A program made the translations under genes and the position numbers. A stretch of DNA of 64,000 nucleotides from Bacteroidota bacterium. GTDB lineage: Bacteria; Bacteroidota; Ignavibacteria; UBA10030. Shown here piece after piece: positions 1-10,139 of the stretch. The DNA lies in NCBI GenBank assembly GCA_050008835.1, contig JBEKLV010000001.1:5382-69381 (forward strand), given 5' to 3'. How positions within the stretch are numbered: position 1 is the first letter of the stretch; each line of letters begins with the position of its first letter. The notes under the pieces are model-generated. The model had not been told where the DNA came from. It saw only the letters and a program-made list of their open reading frames with translations, and ran no database searches.

Positions 1-617
1 AGTTTTTCCTGAAGAGCAGATGGATGAAACGATCTGCGATGAATTTCGCATAGACCGTACATGCGGATAGCTTCAATGTGCTGGCGCGTTCCATATCCCT
101 TGTGCCGAGCAAAGCCATACTGTGGAAAACGAATATCAAGTTCGCGCATTAGTCGATCACGCGTTACTTTCGCAACAATCGAAGCGGCGGCAATTGTGAA
201 CGACTTAGCGTCACCACTAATAATATTTTGGAATCTCAGCGTTTCATGTTTGAACGAATTGCCATCAATAAGGGCATATTCAGGTTGAATATTCAAATTT
301 TCTATCGACTTCCGCATCGCTAAAATCGTTGCTTGCAGAATATTTATGCGATCAATCACTTCATGATCGACAATGCCAATACCAACACTAATGGCTTTTT
401 CCATAATCAATTCGAATAATTCTTCCCGTTGTTTCGCTGTACACTTTTTAGAATCATCTACACCATCAACAATAGATTCCTTTGGGAAAATAACCGCTGC
501 CGCAATGACGGGACCTGCAAGCGGGCCGCGTCCGGCTTCATCCACACCGGCAATGCGCCCGATGCCTTGCAGCCAAAGCGTACGTTCAATTTCAAGATTA
601 ACGCAAGAATGCTTCAT
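1..617 (-). CDS. rnhB: Ribonuclease HII (gene 3' end runs off window start)
   Basis: Minus-strand translation from the ATG at 615-617 gives MKHSCVNLEIERTLWLQGIGRIAGVDEAGRGPLAGPVIAAAVIF...DDSKK..., carrying the RNase HII DEAGRGPLAGPV and DDSKK signatures; absent from the ORF track because the frame is open at the window edge. Confidence 0.85.
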   Translation of the reverse strand, partial: MKHSCVNLEIERTLWLQGIGRIAGVDEAGRGPLAGPVIAAAVIFPKESIVDGVDDSKKCTAKQREELFELIMEKAISVGIGIVDHEVIDRINILQATILAMRKSIENLNIQPEYALIDGNSFKHETLRFQNIISGDAKSFTIAAASIVAKVTRDRLMRELDIRFPQYGFARHKGYGTRQHIEAIRMYGLCEIHRRSFHPSALQEK

Positions 618-620
618 GAT

Positions 621-1463
621 TTAAATCGAACCAACGATAATTGAAATCAACCCAACAGTCATACTTATTTTTAAAATTGTGCTGACACGCCTTACAGCTA
701 TTTGAGAATGGTCACGCCATATCAGTATTATTGAAGCGCACATCAGGCAGTCAGCAACAAGCACAATGTATAAGAAGGCAGAATGATACAAGGCGAATGT
801 TGCCACTGCAATCGTGGCACTAATCAGCACAATAAGCGAAGCAGTCGCAAGCACAAGCGTTGGCATTACTCCGTATTTAATGGGCAACGTAATTGCATGT
901 TCTTTCCTATCACCTTCCATATCTTCTATGTCCTTTAGCAATTCACGCGCAAGATTTACGAGGAACGCAAATATTGCCGGAAGTACAGCACGTTCTATTT
1001 GTCCTTCAACAACGCCACCATATATGAACGCCATGCCGGTCATCAATCCTATGACGAGATTGCCAGCGAGTACTATCCTTTTCAATCGCGCTGAATAAAA
1101 ATAGAGAAGTGCAATCGAAAGAATTACAATCAGCAAGGCGGCTGAATTCAAGAAAAGATTTATTCCGAGTGCCGCGATAGAAAGAATGAACCACATCCTG
1201 CGTGCATCGCGTTGTGTAAGTGCACCACGCGGTAAAGGACGATCTGGTCGATTGATGCGATCAATATCAATATCAAATGCATCATTGATAGCGTTTGCAC
1301 CAGCCGCTACTAACGCGCCCGTCAAGCCAGCTAAGAGAATGATAAACCATGAGCACGCGGTTCCAGCGACAATCCAGCACGCAACAGGAATAGACACGAA
1401 CGTGATGAGCACATTCACCGGACGACTAAGCTGAAAATATGCTACTAGTTTTTTAGAATTCAT
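621..1463 (-). CDS. UbiA-superfamily aromatic/isoprenoid prenyltransferase
   Basis: 280 aa, multi-TM, NAINDAFDIDIDRINRPDRPLP motif (NDxxDxxxD ... RPLP) typical of UbiA/MenA/DGGGPS family; stop abuts rnhB start. Confidence 0.75.
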   Translation of the reverse strand: MNSKKLVAYFQLSRPVNVLITFVSIPVACWIVAGTACSWFIILLAGLTGALVAAGANAINDAFDIDIDRINRPDRPLPRGALTQRDARRMWFILSIAALGINLFLNSAALLIVILSIALLYFYSARLKRIVLAGNLVIGLMTGMAFIYGGVVEGQIERAVLPAIFAFLVNLARELLKDIEDMEGDRKEHAITLPIKYGVMPTLVLATASLIVLISATIAVATFALYHSAFLYIVLVADCLMCASIILIWRDHSQIAVRRVSTILKISMTVGLISIIVGSI

Positions 1464-3321
1464 TAATCAACCGAATATGAATTTTTGCTGTACTAAATGT
1501 ATCGCCTTCGCCAAGAGCAAAGCTCACGTCGATTAAACCGAGAGATGAATCCATTCGCACTCCGATGCCGTAACCAATTTTGCTTTGTTCTGAAGCAACC
1601 ATACTTATTGCGGCGATGACAGGTTGAACGATGTAACCGACATCAACAAAGCCGTAGAAGAAAGAACGCGGCGCAACAAGAAAGCGGTACTCCAAGTTCG
1701 TCCACACAATTCGCGAACCGAGAAACTGCCCTTCTCGGTAACCGCGCAATGTCGATGCACCGCCAAGTCGAAATAAATCACTCATGTCCATAGTGCTGCT
1801 GCTAAAATCTCTTAGATGCAGTTCCGTCGCAAGCACCTGTCGAAAGAAGATTGAAAGATAGTACGAAAAATCGAAGATTAAACGCTGTGTACTGCTTTTT
1901 ACTTCTTCTAGAAATATTCCATTTGTGCCTGTCTGTTTTGATCCAGTTTGATATTCTGTTGAATATAAAATGCCGCTTGCAGGCGTTGTCGGATTGTCGC
2001 GCGAGTCATACCGAACAGATGCGCCAAAGCTCGTGCTTTTACTTTCTGCCATTACCGAACTTCCATATCCTTCTGTTGGATAAACACTGTATTGAGAAAA
2101 CGAAACACCGACAGAAAATTCATCAGTTAACATCAATTCGGCAGTTATCTCATATTGTGTCCTAACGAATGTTGAATCCTGTTTGCGTTGGAAGAATCCA
2201 AGCTGTGCATTCACAGGGTACGAAGCCACCCAAGGTTCAAAGTAATGTAGTTCCGTTTCCTGCGAACTTTGATTCTCTTGATACCAACGAGCGGAAAGTT
2301 TGCGGCCTGTGCCAAAAAGATTTCTCAGCGAGATGTTAACGAGTCCGGTAATGTAACCACTTCCACTTGAGCTACTAGAAGGAATATAGCCAAGCACACC
2401 ATCGAAACTGTTTTGATTTCCTTCAACAACCCTTTCAGACAATCCTGCTTTTTCTGTATCGATTAAATATAATTCCGGTAACGAAACTGAAGAGAAGAGT
2501 TGCAGATGATCCAGCCGTCGCTTGATTCTTTCTGGAAGATCCCCGTTAAATAATTCGTTTTTGTACAATCTTGCTTCGCGAGTAATTACATAGTCTTTCG
2601 TTATTTTATTGCCCTCTATTCGCAGTTCAGTAATATGCAGTTCTTTCCCTTCATCAATATGAATTTGCACTCTCGTGGACATTTCTTCAGTTGAATCAGT
2701 AAAAGAGACATTCTTAATCACTACTTTCGCAAGCGGATATCCTTTGTGTTCATACAGCTGTAGAATCGACTGGATATCTTGTTCCAAAATAGAAGGAATG
2801 AACATATCACCTTCGTGTAATTTCATGACTGTGTGCAGTCCAGAGGCATTTAAAATCCGATTGCCATCAAATTCAATCTGCCGTACAACCGATGGTTTTC
2901 CTTCGTTCAGAAAAACACGAAGTTTTATATCCTGTCGCAGTGTATCGCGCTTCATCTGTACCGAATCCACGCACGTATGCAGATACGCTTGACTTCTATA
3001 AAGATCGAGAATGCGTTCAAGATCGGCGGTCAGCACGGACTCGGAAAACATTCCATCTTTTTTTATTAATAGTACAGAAGTAAGCTGGTTGGCGGAGAAT
3101 GCATGATTTCCTTCAAAGCTGATCGAGCGAATCGTCAATGAAGTTTGTCCTTCGGCGACCGACAAGAAAACAATAAGTAGTGTGCCGCATAGATAACAGT
3201 AATCCCTTATTAAGACAGCTCTCACACCAGCTAAATAAGTGTGCACCACTGTTTCACCGTATCCTTCCCCACAAATCGGTCTCTGGATATACAAGCCGGT
3301 AATCCCCAAACCCTGTCTCAT
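1453..3321 (-). CDS. Omp85/BamA-family outer membrane beta-barrel protein with POTRA repeats
   Basis: POTRA-like repeats (SISFEGNHAFSANQL..., IRQIEFDGNRILNASGL..., LRIEGNKITKDYVI...), C-terminal beta-barrel ending in aromatic F. The track ATG overlaps the upstream gene by 68 nt; a GTG start near 3249 or 3225 (M/V-RAVLIRDYCYLCGTLLIVFLSVAEG signal peptide) is more likely. Confidence 0.7.
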   Translation of the reverse strand: MRQGLGITGLYIQRPICGEGYGETVVHTYLAGVRAVLIRDYCYLCGTLLIVFLSVAEGQTSLTIRSISFEGNHAFSANQLTSVLLIKKDGMFSESVLTADLERILDLYRSQAYLHTCVDSVQMKRDTLRQDIKLRVFLNEGKPSVVRQIEFDGNRILNASGLHTVMKLHEGDMFIPSILEQDIQSILQLYEHKGYPLAKVVIKNVSFTDSTEEMSTRVQIHIDEGKELHITELRIEGNKITKDYVITREARLYKNELFNGDLPERIKRRLDHLQLFSSVSLPELYLIDTEKAGLSERVVEGNQNSFDGVLGYIPSSSSSGSGYITGLVNISLRNLFGTGRKLSARWYQENQSSQETELHYFEPWVASYPVNAQLGFFQRKQDSTFVRTQYEITAELMLTDEFSVGVSFSQYSVYPTEGYGSSVMAESKSTSFGASVRYDSRDNPTTPASGILYSTEYQTGSKQTGTNGIFLEEVKSSTQRLIFDFSYYLSIFFRQVLATELHLRDFSSSTMDMSDLFRLGGASTLRGYREGQFLGSRIVWTNLEYRFLVAPRSFFYGFVDVGYIVQPVIAAISMVASEQSKIGYGIGVRMDSSLGLIDVSFALGEGDTFSTAKIHIRLINEF

Positions 3322-4594
3322 CTACAAAAATAAATTCCCGATTTTGGTCATAGTAGTACCAAATTTCGTACGGTTTGTTATCTGAATTGAAGGGATGACG
3401 CTCTATATTTTGCGGCGGACCAAATTGAATCAATATCATTCCTCGATCAGTTTTCCATCCTTCCATATAGTTCGTATAGTTTTTATCGGCGTATTCTACA
3501 CGCGAATAGTACTCTTCCATCAATTCATTATACGATGCCTTTGGATCGGGATTGTGCTTAGACCAGAATTCAAGAAACCGTTTCTGCTTCTCATCTGGAG
3601 TTGTCGCTTCTCTGATATGATCGATTTCGCTGCCTTTGGCAATGTACCGAAGTTGTTCTGTTGCCTTATCGATATCAGTAATAAACAGCGGCATATTTTT
3701 CATTCGAATAATACAGCCGCGAGATACAGATGCACGAAACGATTTACCTGAATCAATCTTAGAATTTCCTGCGGCTTCCACTGTAAGTAAATATTGATCC
3801 GGAGCAATTGAAAGCGTGTCGATCTGCCAGATTGCTGATGTTCGATTACCCGTGAGCAATTCGCTTTTTACTCGCTGCGCAACAATTTCCTGTTTTGAAT
3901 TTATGAACTTGCAGATTAGTTGAACCGAATCGATTTTCAAACGATTGTAGATTTCGAAAAAGAGATAGAAGCTGGTTTGTTCTTTACTGATCATTCCAGT
4001 TAAATTTGGGACAATATTATTACGTGTACCATCGAAGGTCATTCGATGAACAAGCATCACATCACTCAATGCCAGCGTATCATTCCCAAAGTCTTTTATA
4101 ACGATGGACCGTTTGGATGTCTCGATTTTCTTAGATTCTTGATCTGTTAGTTGAACAAGGAGATCATATTTTCCCGGTGCAAGATCAGTGGAAAATTGCT
4201 TCAGACTAAAAAATCGGTTGGAAACGGTTTGCGAAAAGTTTTTCGTATGTAGCTCTACAAGCTGACTTTTTTGCCAGAGTTGCTGCTTCTCCTGAGAAAG
4301 CACTGCTACGAAAATTTCAAATCGCCCCGTATATTGTTCTTCCCCTTTAATAAAGTTTATTTCTGGATATGGAATTTGGACATAAATGTCAACATGCCCC
4401 TTACCGGCTTGATCAGATGCAGTTGCGAATGCTTCTACAAAAAGATTATGTACTGCCCCATCTGGATGTGTACTCTCCATCTGTGCATGCAGGCATACAC
4501 CAAGTATTCCAATCGCAAAGATTGTCTTATATACTAAATTTTCGCAATTTGCTTGTAAGTATAACATATATTTACCTCGCAACATGCAAATCAT
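3254..4594 (-). CDS. GWxTD domain-containing secreted protein
   Basis: C-terminal ...YMEGWKTDRGMILIQFGPP... matches the GWxTD domain family typical of FCB-group bacteria; N-terminal signal peptide. Confidence 0.7.
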   Translation of the reverse strand: MICMLRGKYMLYLQANCENLVYKTIFAIGILGVCLHAQMESTHPDGAVHNLFVEAFATASDQAGKGHVDIYVQIPYPEINFIKGEEQYTGRFEIFVAVLSQEKQQLWQKSQLVELHTKNFSQTVSNRFFSLKQFSTDLAPGKYDLLVQLTDQESKKIETSKRSIVIKDFGNDTLALSDVMLVHRMTFDGTRNNIVPNLTGMISKEQTSFYLFFEIYNRLKIDSVQLICKFINSKQEIVAQRVKSELLTGNRTSAIWQIDTLSIAPDQYLLTVEAAGNSKIDSGKSFRASVSRGCIIRMKNMPLFITDIDKATEQLRYIAKGSEIDHIREATTPDEKQKRFLEFWSKHNPDPKASYNELMEEYYSRVEYADKNYTNYMEGWKTDRGMILIQFGPPQNIERHPFNSDNKPYEIWYYYDQNREFIFVDETGFGDYRLVYPETDLWGRIR

Positions 4595-5877
4595 TCCGAT
4601 GCAAATAAATCGTATTCCATCGCGTCGGTAATGGTAACTGTTTGGAATGTTCCAGCCTTCAACGGTTTATGGCTGCTCACGAATACCTCTTGGTCGATTT
4701 CCGGCGCGTCCCATTCTGTTCTGCCTATAAAATATTCTTCATCCTGAGAATCAATCAAGACTTTCACTTTTTTTCCGATCAAAGATTCATTGTAACTTTC
4801 TGAAATATTTTTTTGTATTTCCATAATTGCCGCCTGCCGTTTCAGCTTTGTTTCTTCTGAAACTGAATCATCAAGTTCGAACGCCGCAGTACCTTCTTCT
4901 TTCGAAAATGTGAATACGCCAAGACGATGGAAGCGTATCTCCTTTACAAAATCGCATAATGCTTTGAAATCATTTTCTGTCTCATTCGGATAACCAACGA
5001 TGAGTGTGGTGCGAAGCGCAACATCGGATATTTCGCTCTTTAAGCGTAACAGCAAATCCCTTGTTGAGCGTTCCGTGATGCCGCGCCTCATTGATTTTAA
5101 TACGCTGTCAGAATTATGTTGAATTGGAATATCGATATATCGGCATAACTTTGGGAATTTTTGAAATGCCTCGATGACATCAAGTGGAAATTTTGCGGGA
5201 TACGCATACATAAGCCGGATCCATTTGATTTCATCAATATCGTTTAACTCTCCAAGTAGTTTTGCAAGCCGCCGCTCACCGTATAAATCCAATCCATAGT
5301 ATGTAGTGTCTTGCGCGATGACTATTAGTTCTTTCACGCCCTTTTCCGCCAACAATCGCGCTTCATAAACGACTTCTTCAATCGGTTTACTTCGATGTCG
5401 CCCGCGCATAAGGGGGATCGCACAGAACGAACACGGATTGTCGCATCCTTCAGAGATTTTTAAATAAGCGTAATGTGCTGGAGTTGTTAGTAAACGTTCA
5501 CCGAGAAGTTCGCTATTATAATCCACGCTAAGATCTTTGAGCACATCGGGCAATTGATTTGTTCCAAAGAACGAATCGACCTCTGGAATTTCAGCAGCGA
5601 GTTCTTTTTTGAATCGCTGTGAGAGGCATCCCATTACCACAATTTTTTTCAGTTCGCCGCGGTTCTTCTTTTCCACAGCTTCCATGATAGCATCGATGGA
5701 TTCCTGCTTCGCATCCTTGATAAATCCACAGGTGTTGATAATAACTGTGTCGGCATCATCTGCACTCGCAACTATTTGGGTATTACTGTGCTTTAATTGA
5801 CATAGAAGGTATTCAGAGTCAACAATGTTCTTTGGACATCCGAGCGTAACTACATTGATCTTCAATTTTTCAGACAC
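4591..5877 (-). CDS. rimO: Ribosomal protein S12 methylthiotransferase RimO (radical SAM MTTase with TRAM domain)
   Basis: VVTLGCPKNIVDSE, NTCGFI, HYAYLKISEGCDNPCSFC (CxxxCxxC) and a C-terminal TRAM-like domain; near-identical motif spacing to E. coli RimO. Confidence 0.85.
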   Translation of the reverse strand: MSEKLKINVVTLGCPKNIVDSEYLLCQLKHSNTQIVASADDADTVIINTCGFIKDAKQESIDAIMEAVEKKNRGELKKIVVMGCLSQRFKKELAAEIPEVDSFFGTNQLPDVLKDLSVDYNSELLGERLLTTPAHYAYLKISEGCDNPCSFCAIPLMRGRHRSKPIEEVVYEARLLAEKGVKELIVIAQDTTYYGLDLYGERRLAKLLGELNDIDEIKWIRLMYAYPAKFPLDVIEAFQKFPKLCRYIDIPIQHNSDSVLKSMRRGITERSTRDLLLRLKSEISDVALRTTLIVGYPNETENDFKALCDFVKEIRFHRLGVFTFSKEEGTAAFELDDSVSEETKLKRQAAIMEIQKNISESYNESLIGKKVKVLIDSQDEEYFIGRTEWDAPEIDQEVFVSSHKPLKAGTFQTVTITDAMEYDLFASE

Positions 5878-5901
5878 ACATATCTTTCGATACGATTATT
5901 G

Positions 5902-6852
5902 TTACGACAGTACAACGAAATCAATATAAAGATACACAATCGGTGAGATATAAACCAAACTATCAAAACGGTCATATACACCGCCATGCCCCGGAATCAA
6001 TTTAGAAGAATCTTTTAATCCGGCATCCCGCTTAAAACGGGATTCGATAAGATCGCCTAATTGCCCGAATGTTCCAATAAGCACGCCAATAACAATCGCA
6101 TGGTGAAATGTAAGATAACCGAGCACCAATATTTTTGCCGCCACCATCGTCAATATTGAGAAGGCAAAACCAAAGACCGCACCTTCCCATGTTTTATTCG
6201 GACTTACGCGCGGGAAAAGTTTATGTGTACCGAATGTTTTACCGCCGAAATATGCCGCTGTATCGCACATCCAAATTGATGCAAAGACAGCAATGACCGT
6301 GTATCCGCCCCAGCGATTGATCTGAGCAAGCTGAAGATCGTTAGCATACCCTAACGCAAAAAATTTGTACACTGGAAATCCATACGGAAATAATTCGCGC
6401 AAGAAAATAAGTGTGCCGAAGCAGAGCGAGACGATCATCACACCTGATATCGTTGTTGCAATGTTGATTATCGATGAGCCTTTAGTACGGAACAGTTCAA
6501 TTAACATCGTCAGCAGTAAAAGTTTCAGCAATACAATCGTAAGAAGCTGATGCTGTGAGAACATCGAAAGATGAACGTTAAAATGATTAAGAACGAACTG
6601 GTAGATATCAACTTGAAACCGTTCGTACACAAACACGGCATTGATAATAAACCCGCCAATAAGCCCGAGAGTTTTCAGCGGCGCGGCACCCTTGGCTTCT
6701 GCCAGTCCGTAGAATTCAATTAAAGTAAGCGATGAGATGACGGCGATAAGGAAGAAGAAAAAATACCCACCGAGCATTGTTAGCCATAAAATGATTGGAA
6801 TTGCGATAAGTGCTACAAGCACGCGTATAGAGAGATTTTCAAATTTTGGCAT
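5902..6852 (-). CDS. cdsA: Phosphatidate cytidylyltransferase (CDP-diglyceride synthase)
   Basis: Multi-TM protein with the C-terminal CdsA signature SRFKRDAGLKDSSKLIPGHGGVYDRFDS. Confidence 0.85.
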   Translation of the reverse strand: MPKFENLSIRVLVALIAIPIILWLTMLGGYFFFFLIAVISSLTLIEFYGLAEAKGAAPLKTLGLIGGFIINAVFVYERFQVDIYQFVLNHFNVHLSMFSQHQLLTIVLLKLLLLTMLIELFRTKGSSIINIATTISGVMIVSLCFGTLIFLRELFPYGFPVYKFFALGYANDLQLAQINRWGGYTVIAVFASIWMCDTAAYFGGKTFGTHKLFPRVSPNKTWEGAVFGFAFSILTMVAAKILVLGYLTFHHAIVIGVLIGTFGQLGDLIESRFKRDAGLKDSSKLIPGHGGVYDRFDSLVYISPIVYLYIDFVVLS

Positions 6853-6885
6853 TTTATTTTACAACCAATTAATAATGATGGGTTA

Positions 6886-7353
6886 TTAATAATTACTAAT
6901 AAGATTCAATTCCTTAAGAAGTGCTTTTGCCTTGTGAACTTCGGATTTTCTGATAAATAGAAGCACACGGTTTTCGTTTAACCAACGCGTCGTAACATGA
7001 TCATGTAAAGAAAAAGTTTTTGCTTCAATCCCGCCATCCACAAGATTACGCACGAGTGCTTCCGCTTCAAACTCTGAATCCGGCTGATATATCGCACTCC
7101 ATTCTTGAAACAAGATCTTATGCTCAGGATTATTACATAAAATCTTTCCATCGCTCTTCACTTCGCAGTCTGAACAAACCGGTTTGCCACAAATGACGCA
7201 AAGTCCAACTGCATGATGATCCGGATGCGTTTCGCATTCAATCTTTAAATCGTTTTCTTTACTTTTGTTGATGAGTGTTCCACACACATTACAAAACTTT
7301 TGTCCATTTTGAAGTTGGGTTGAGCAATTCTTGCAGGTTTCTATTGTTCTCAT
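6886..7353 (-). CDS. Zinc-ribbon / DUF2007-like small protein
   Basis: N-terminal CxxC...CxxC zinc ribbon (CKNCS...CNVCG, CVICGKPVCSDC); start overlaps the CPBP stop by 4 nt (ATGA). Confidence 0.5.
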   Translation of the reverse strand: MRTIETCKNCSTQLQNGQKFCNVCGTLINKSKENDLKIECETHPDHHAVGLCVICGKPVCSDCEVKSDGKILCNNPEHKILFQEWSAIYQPDSEFEAEALVRNLVDGGIEAKTFSLHDHVTTRWLNENRVLLFIRKSEVHKAKALLKELNLISNY

Positions 7354-8297
7354 TGATAAATCCGTCGTGAAATATCGTGTGTAAGACGAAGATAAAGAAC
7401 AAATGTCAAGAAAAAGAGCGAAGCAAAGCCGATTAATTCGAAAATCATCATAGGTGCATCGGATGTCGTCTGTGCGGCTGTTAATAGATTATCATCCTGC
7501 AAACCATAAAAGGATGCGAGCACCGCCATAAGATTATTAAAAAAGTGCGCCGCTATCGGTACCAACAAACTTTGCGAACGATATCTAAGCAATCCAAAGA
7601 ATACGCCTAGCCCGACGAGTGGAACGACTTCAAACGGATTGACGTGAAACAAGCCGAAAATCGTTCCTGCCAACACTGCTGATACTACCGGTGACATCAA
7701 TCGTTCAAATATTTTTTGGATGAGTCCGCGAAACAGCAGTTCTTCCACAATCGCCGGCATCACCGCAACTACCAAAATCACAGCCATTAGTTCTAAAGGT
7801 GAATCAGCACGAAGTAAAACTTTTGTCAACTCCTCAAACAATTTTTTAATCGGTTCGATGATTTCACGAAGTATTTCCGGCATCGGAACGCGCTCTTGGA
7901 AATACATATATGCCTCAAATACACGCTGTAAAGAAAAAAGCGCTAAGAGTGCAAGCGTCGATTCGCGCAGCCCAGGAACTCGAAATTGAAATACTTCGCG
8001 TAGGCGCGTAGCAAACAGTCGAGCCAGCAGAAAGGTCGGAATAAGAATAAAACACAACTGTCCGGTAAGTGTAAGCCAGCGCATTGTCCAAACATTGTCG
8101 CGTGTAACCGAAGTCGCGCCCATAACGAAAAATGCTAACACACCACCACCGATTTGATAGAGAAGAAATACGAAAACCAGCGATGCGAATGCAAAAAAAA
8201 GCGGATGGATCGAATGCCGATCAATAAAGGGAAGTTCACCAGCAGTTAATTGTTCATTATCTGCTGATTCCGGAATGTGTTCGTTGGATTCTGTCAT
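7350..8297 (-). CDS. CPBP-family (CAAX-like) intramembrane metalloprotease
   Basis: Motifs EELLFRGLIQ, FGLFH and HFFNN in a multi-TM protein. Confidence 0.75.
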   Translation of the reverse strand: MTESNEHIPESADNEQLTAGELPFIDRHSIHPLFFAFASLVFVFLLYQIGGGVLAFFVMGATSVTRDNVWTMRWLTLTGQLCFILIPTFLLARLFATRLREVFQFRVPGLRESTLALLALFSLQRVFEAYMYFQERVPMPEILREIIEPIKKLFEELTKVLLRADSPLELMAVILVVAVMPAIVEELLFRGLIQKIFERLMSPVVSAVLAGTIFGLFHVNPFEVVPLVGLGVFFGLLRYRSQSLLVPIAAHFFNNLMAVLASFYGLQDDNLLTAAQTTSDAPMMIFELIGFASLFFLTFVLYLRLTHDISRRIYQ

Positions 8298-9253
8298 TTA
8301 GAAGAAAGCTGAGCTTTAATCATTGCGGCAAGCAGCGGAAACATGATTTCATGATGCCCTGTGAAGTTATACCCACGCCCAAATTTTTGTGTCGGCCGTT
8401 CAACAACATTCATTTGTGGCCGGTATTGGCGTATCATATCGAAGTTCGCTGTAGAGAATCCTTTCGCTTTGTAGCCAAGGTTACGCGCAACAGTAAGTGC
8501 TTTCAAAAATACTTCTGGCATAATCACAGCAGATCCAAAATTAAGTACGACACCACCATTAATTAGATTCTTGATGGAGTTCACTAAAACCCTGAAATCG
8601 CGATAACTCAATTCGCCAGTTGCCGCGCCATCCATAGTTGCCTGTTGATGGACGATATCCGTACCAATTGCTGCGTGCACAGTTATCGGCACACCAAGTT
8701 CGTAGCACTTGGCAAGAATACTTAAACTTCGGTTTCGTGCCTTCATTGCAATAATTTTCTTCCCAAGCGTTTCACCGTAACCCTCGTCCGATTCTTTCAT
8801 TCCCTTTGTAAGCGCAAGGTTAATGAAGTCGCCGGTTTCTTTTGACATCCCAAATGTTCCATCCATCAAATTGGTTGCAACATCTTCTGAAGTCTTTCCC
8901 CACATCGCTGTTTCAACGTCATGAATTGAAGCTGCACTATTCATCGCCACATGAGTAATAATACCGAGTTCGAGTAAGTCAACAATGAGCGGCGAGAGTC
9001 CGACCTTAATCACGTGCGCTCCCATCATCAGAATGACAGGTTTATTGCTTTTTCGAGCGCGGACGATATCGTTCACTAAATCCCTCAATTCGTCAGCAAT
9101 AAGAATATGGGGCAGTGAATCAGCAAAATCTTTAAAGCTTGCACGCTTTGCATTAATTGGTTTGGCAAAATCCTTCGGCGCTACTTTGCTTTTACGACCC
9201 TTGATGGAAATCGTCTTGACGCCGGCAACATTTATTTGTTTGTATTTTGACAT
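8294..9253 (-). CDS. Deoxyhypusine synthase-like protein (DHS/homospermidine synthase fold)
   Basis: 319 aa; the pattern of KPVILMMGAHVIKVGLSPLIVDLLELGIITHVAMNSAASIHDVE and GVPITVHAAIGTD resembles the DHS NAD-binding core, judged by eye only; start overlaps the downstream CPBP by 4 nt. Confidence 0.4.
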   Translation of the reverse strand: MSKYKQINVAGVKTISIKGRKSKVAPKDFAKPINAKRASFKDFADSLPHILIADELRDLVNDIVRARKSNKPVILMMGAHVIKVGLSPLIVDLLELGIITHVAMNSAASIHDVETAMWGKTSEDVATNLMDGTFGMSKETGDFINLALTKGMKESDEGYGETLGKKIIAMKARNRSLSILAKCYELGVPITVHAAIGTDIVHQQATMDGAATGELSYRDFRVLVNSIKNLINGGVVLNFGSAVIMPEVFLKALTVARNLGYKAKGFSTANFDMIRQYRPQMNVVERPTQKFGRGYNFTGHHEIMFPLLAAMIKAQLSSK

Positions 9254-9282
9254 AATTCTTTGTGCCTATTATAACTTTTAGT

Positions 9283-10092
9283 TTATTTTACCTTTGCTTT
9301 TATCTGTCCGTTGATGCCAGAGTATTCTCGCAACTCTGCATCGATGGAACCAACAACGACTTTCGTGCTCACTTTCACTGGAATCTTCCGTTCATCATTT
9401 GTCATCCAAATAATGATACGTCCATCACTTTTAAATAATCCGCCTTCCATAATCAACGGTTCCACTAATACACAATTGAATTTCCCTGCATCTACAGAAA
9501 TTTGCTGGTACCCAAGAAACTTTACCGCAAGCTGGTATGTAGTATCTTTAAAAAAATTCTGCAAGAGTATTTTTTCGCCAGGACGGCACTTGGAATAATC
9601 TAATGTTCGTACATAAAACATTGCTGAAACAACATCATGCACATATGGTGGAATAGGATAACTGCCGCCTTTTGTTGTCGCAATATTATTCAATTGATTA
9701 AATTCAGCGGCGAAATCGTTACTGTACTTGCCTTCCCGAATTCGCTGTGTAAATCGCCACGGAAATATTCCTTTCTTATCCAGTATAGTTTCATAACGGT
9801 CATCAACTTTATAAAAGAACGAAAATGTTGGTGTGGAGTTCACAGTGAAGAGCACTTGATAGCATTCTCTTCCGTGCATTGTTTCGACCGAAGGAATCGA
9901 AAACACAGCCTCTCCCGCTGTAATAAAACTGTAGCCGACGTCGTACACTAACCGTTCACCAAGTGCAAATGCTGATTGGTCTATGGTACGGAGATCAACT
10001 AGGGATTTTGATCGGATTGTATCCTGCGCTTGTGAATGAGAAATAGTAAGAGCAAAAAAGGAGATAGTAAAGATGTTCAAAATTTTCTTCAT
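9283..10092 (-). CDS. DUF3108-like secreted protein
   Basis: Signal peptide MKKILNIFTISFFALTISHSQAQ; resembles DUF3108 proteins common in Bacteroidota-like genomes. Confidence 0.5.
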   Translation of the reverse strand: MKKILNIFTISFFALTISHSQAQDTIRSKSLVDLRTIDQSAFALGERLVYDVGYSFITAGEAVFSIPSVETMHGRECYQVLFTVNSTPTFSFFYKVDDRYETILDKKGIFPWRFTQRIREGKYSNDFAAEFNQLNNIATTKGGSYPIPPYVHDVVSAMFYVRTLDYSKCRPGEKILLQNFFKDTTYQLAVKFLGYQQISVDAGKFNCVLVEPLIMEGGLFKSDGRIIIWMTNDERKIPVKVSTKVVVGSIDAELREYSGINGQIKAKVK

Positions 10093-10139
10093 TCACAAAA
10101 CTCCAACTGATCAAACACCAATTTTCTACTTATCTATTA

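Noticed and set aside
61-644. Plus-strand ORFs 61-288, 373-624 and 429-644
   Set aside because: They are antisense to the clearly conserved RNase HII frame and are spurious.
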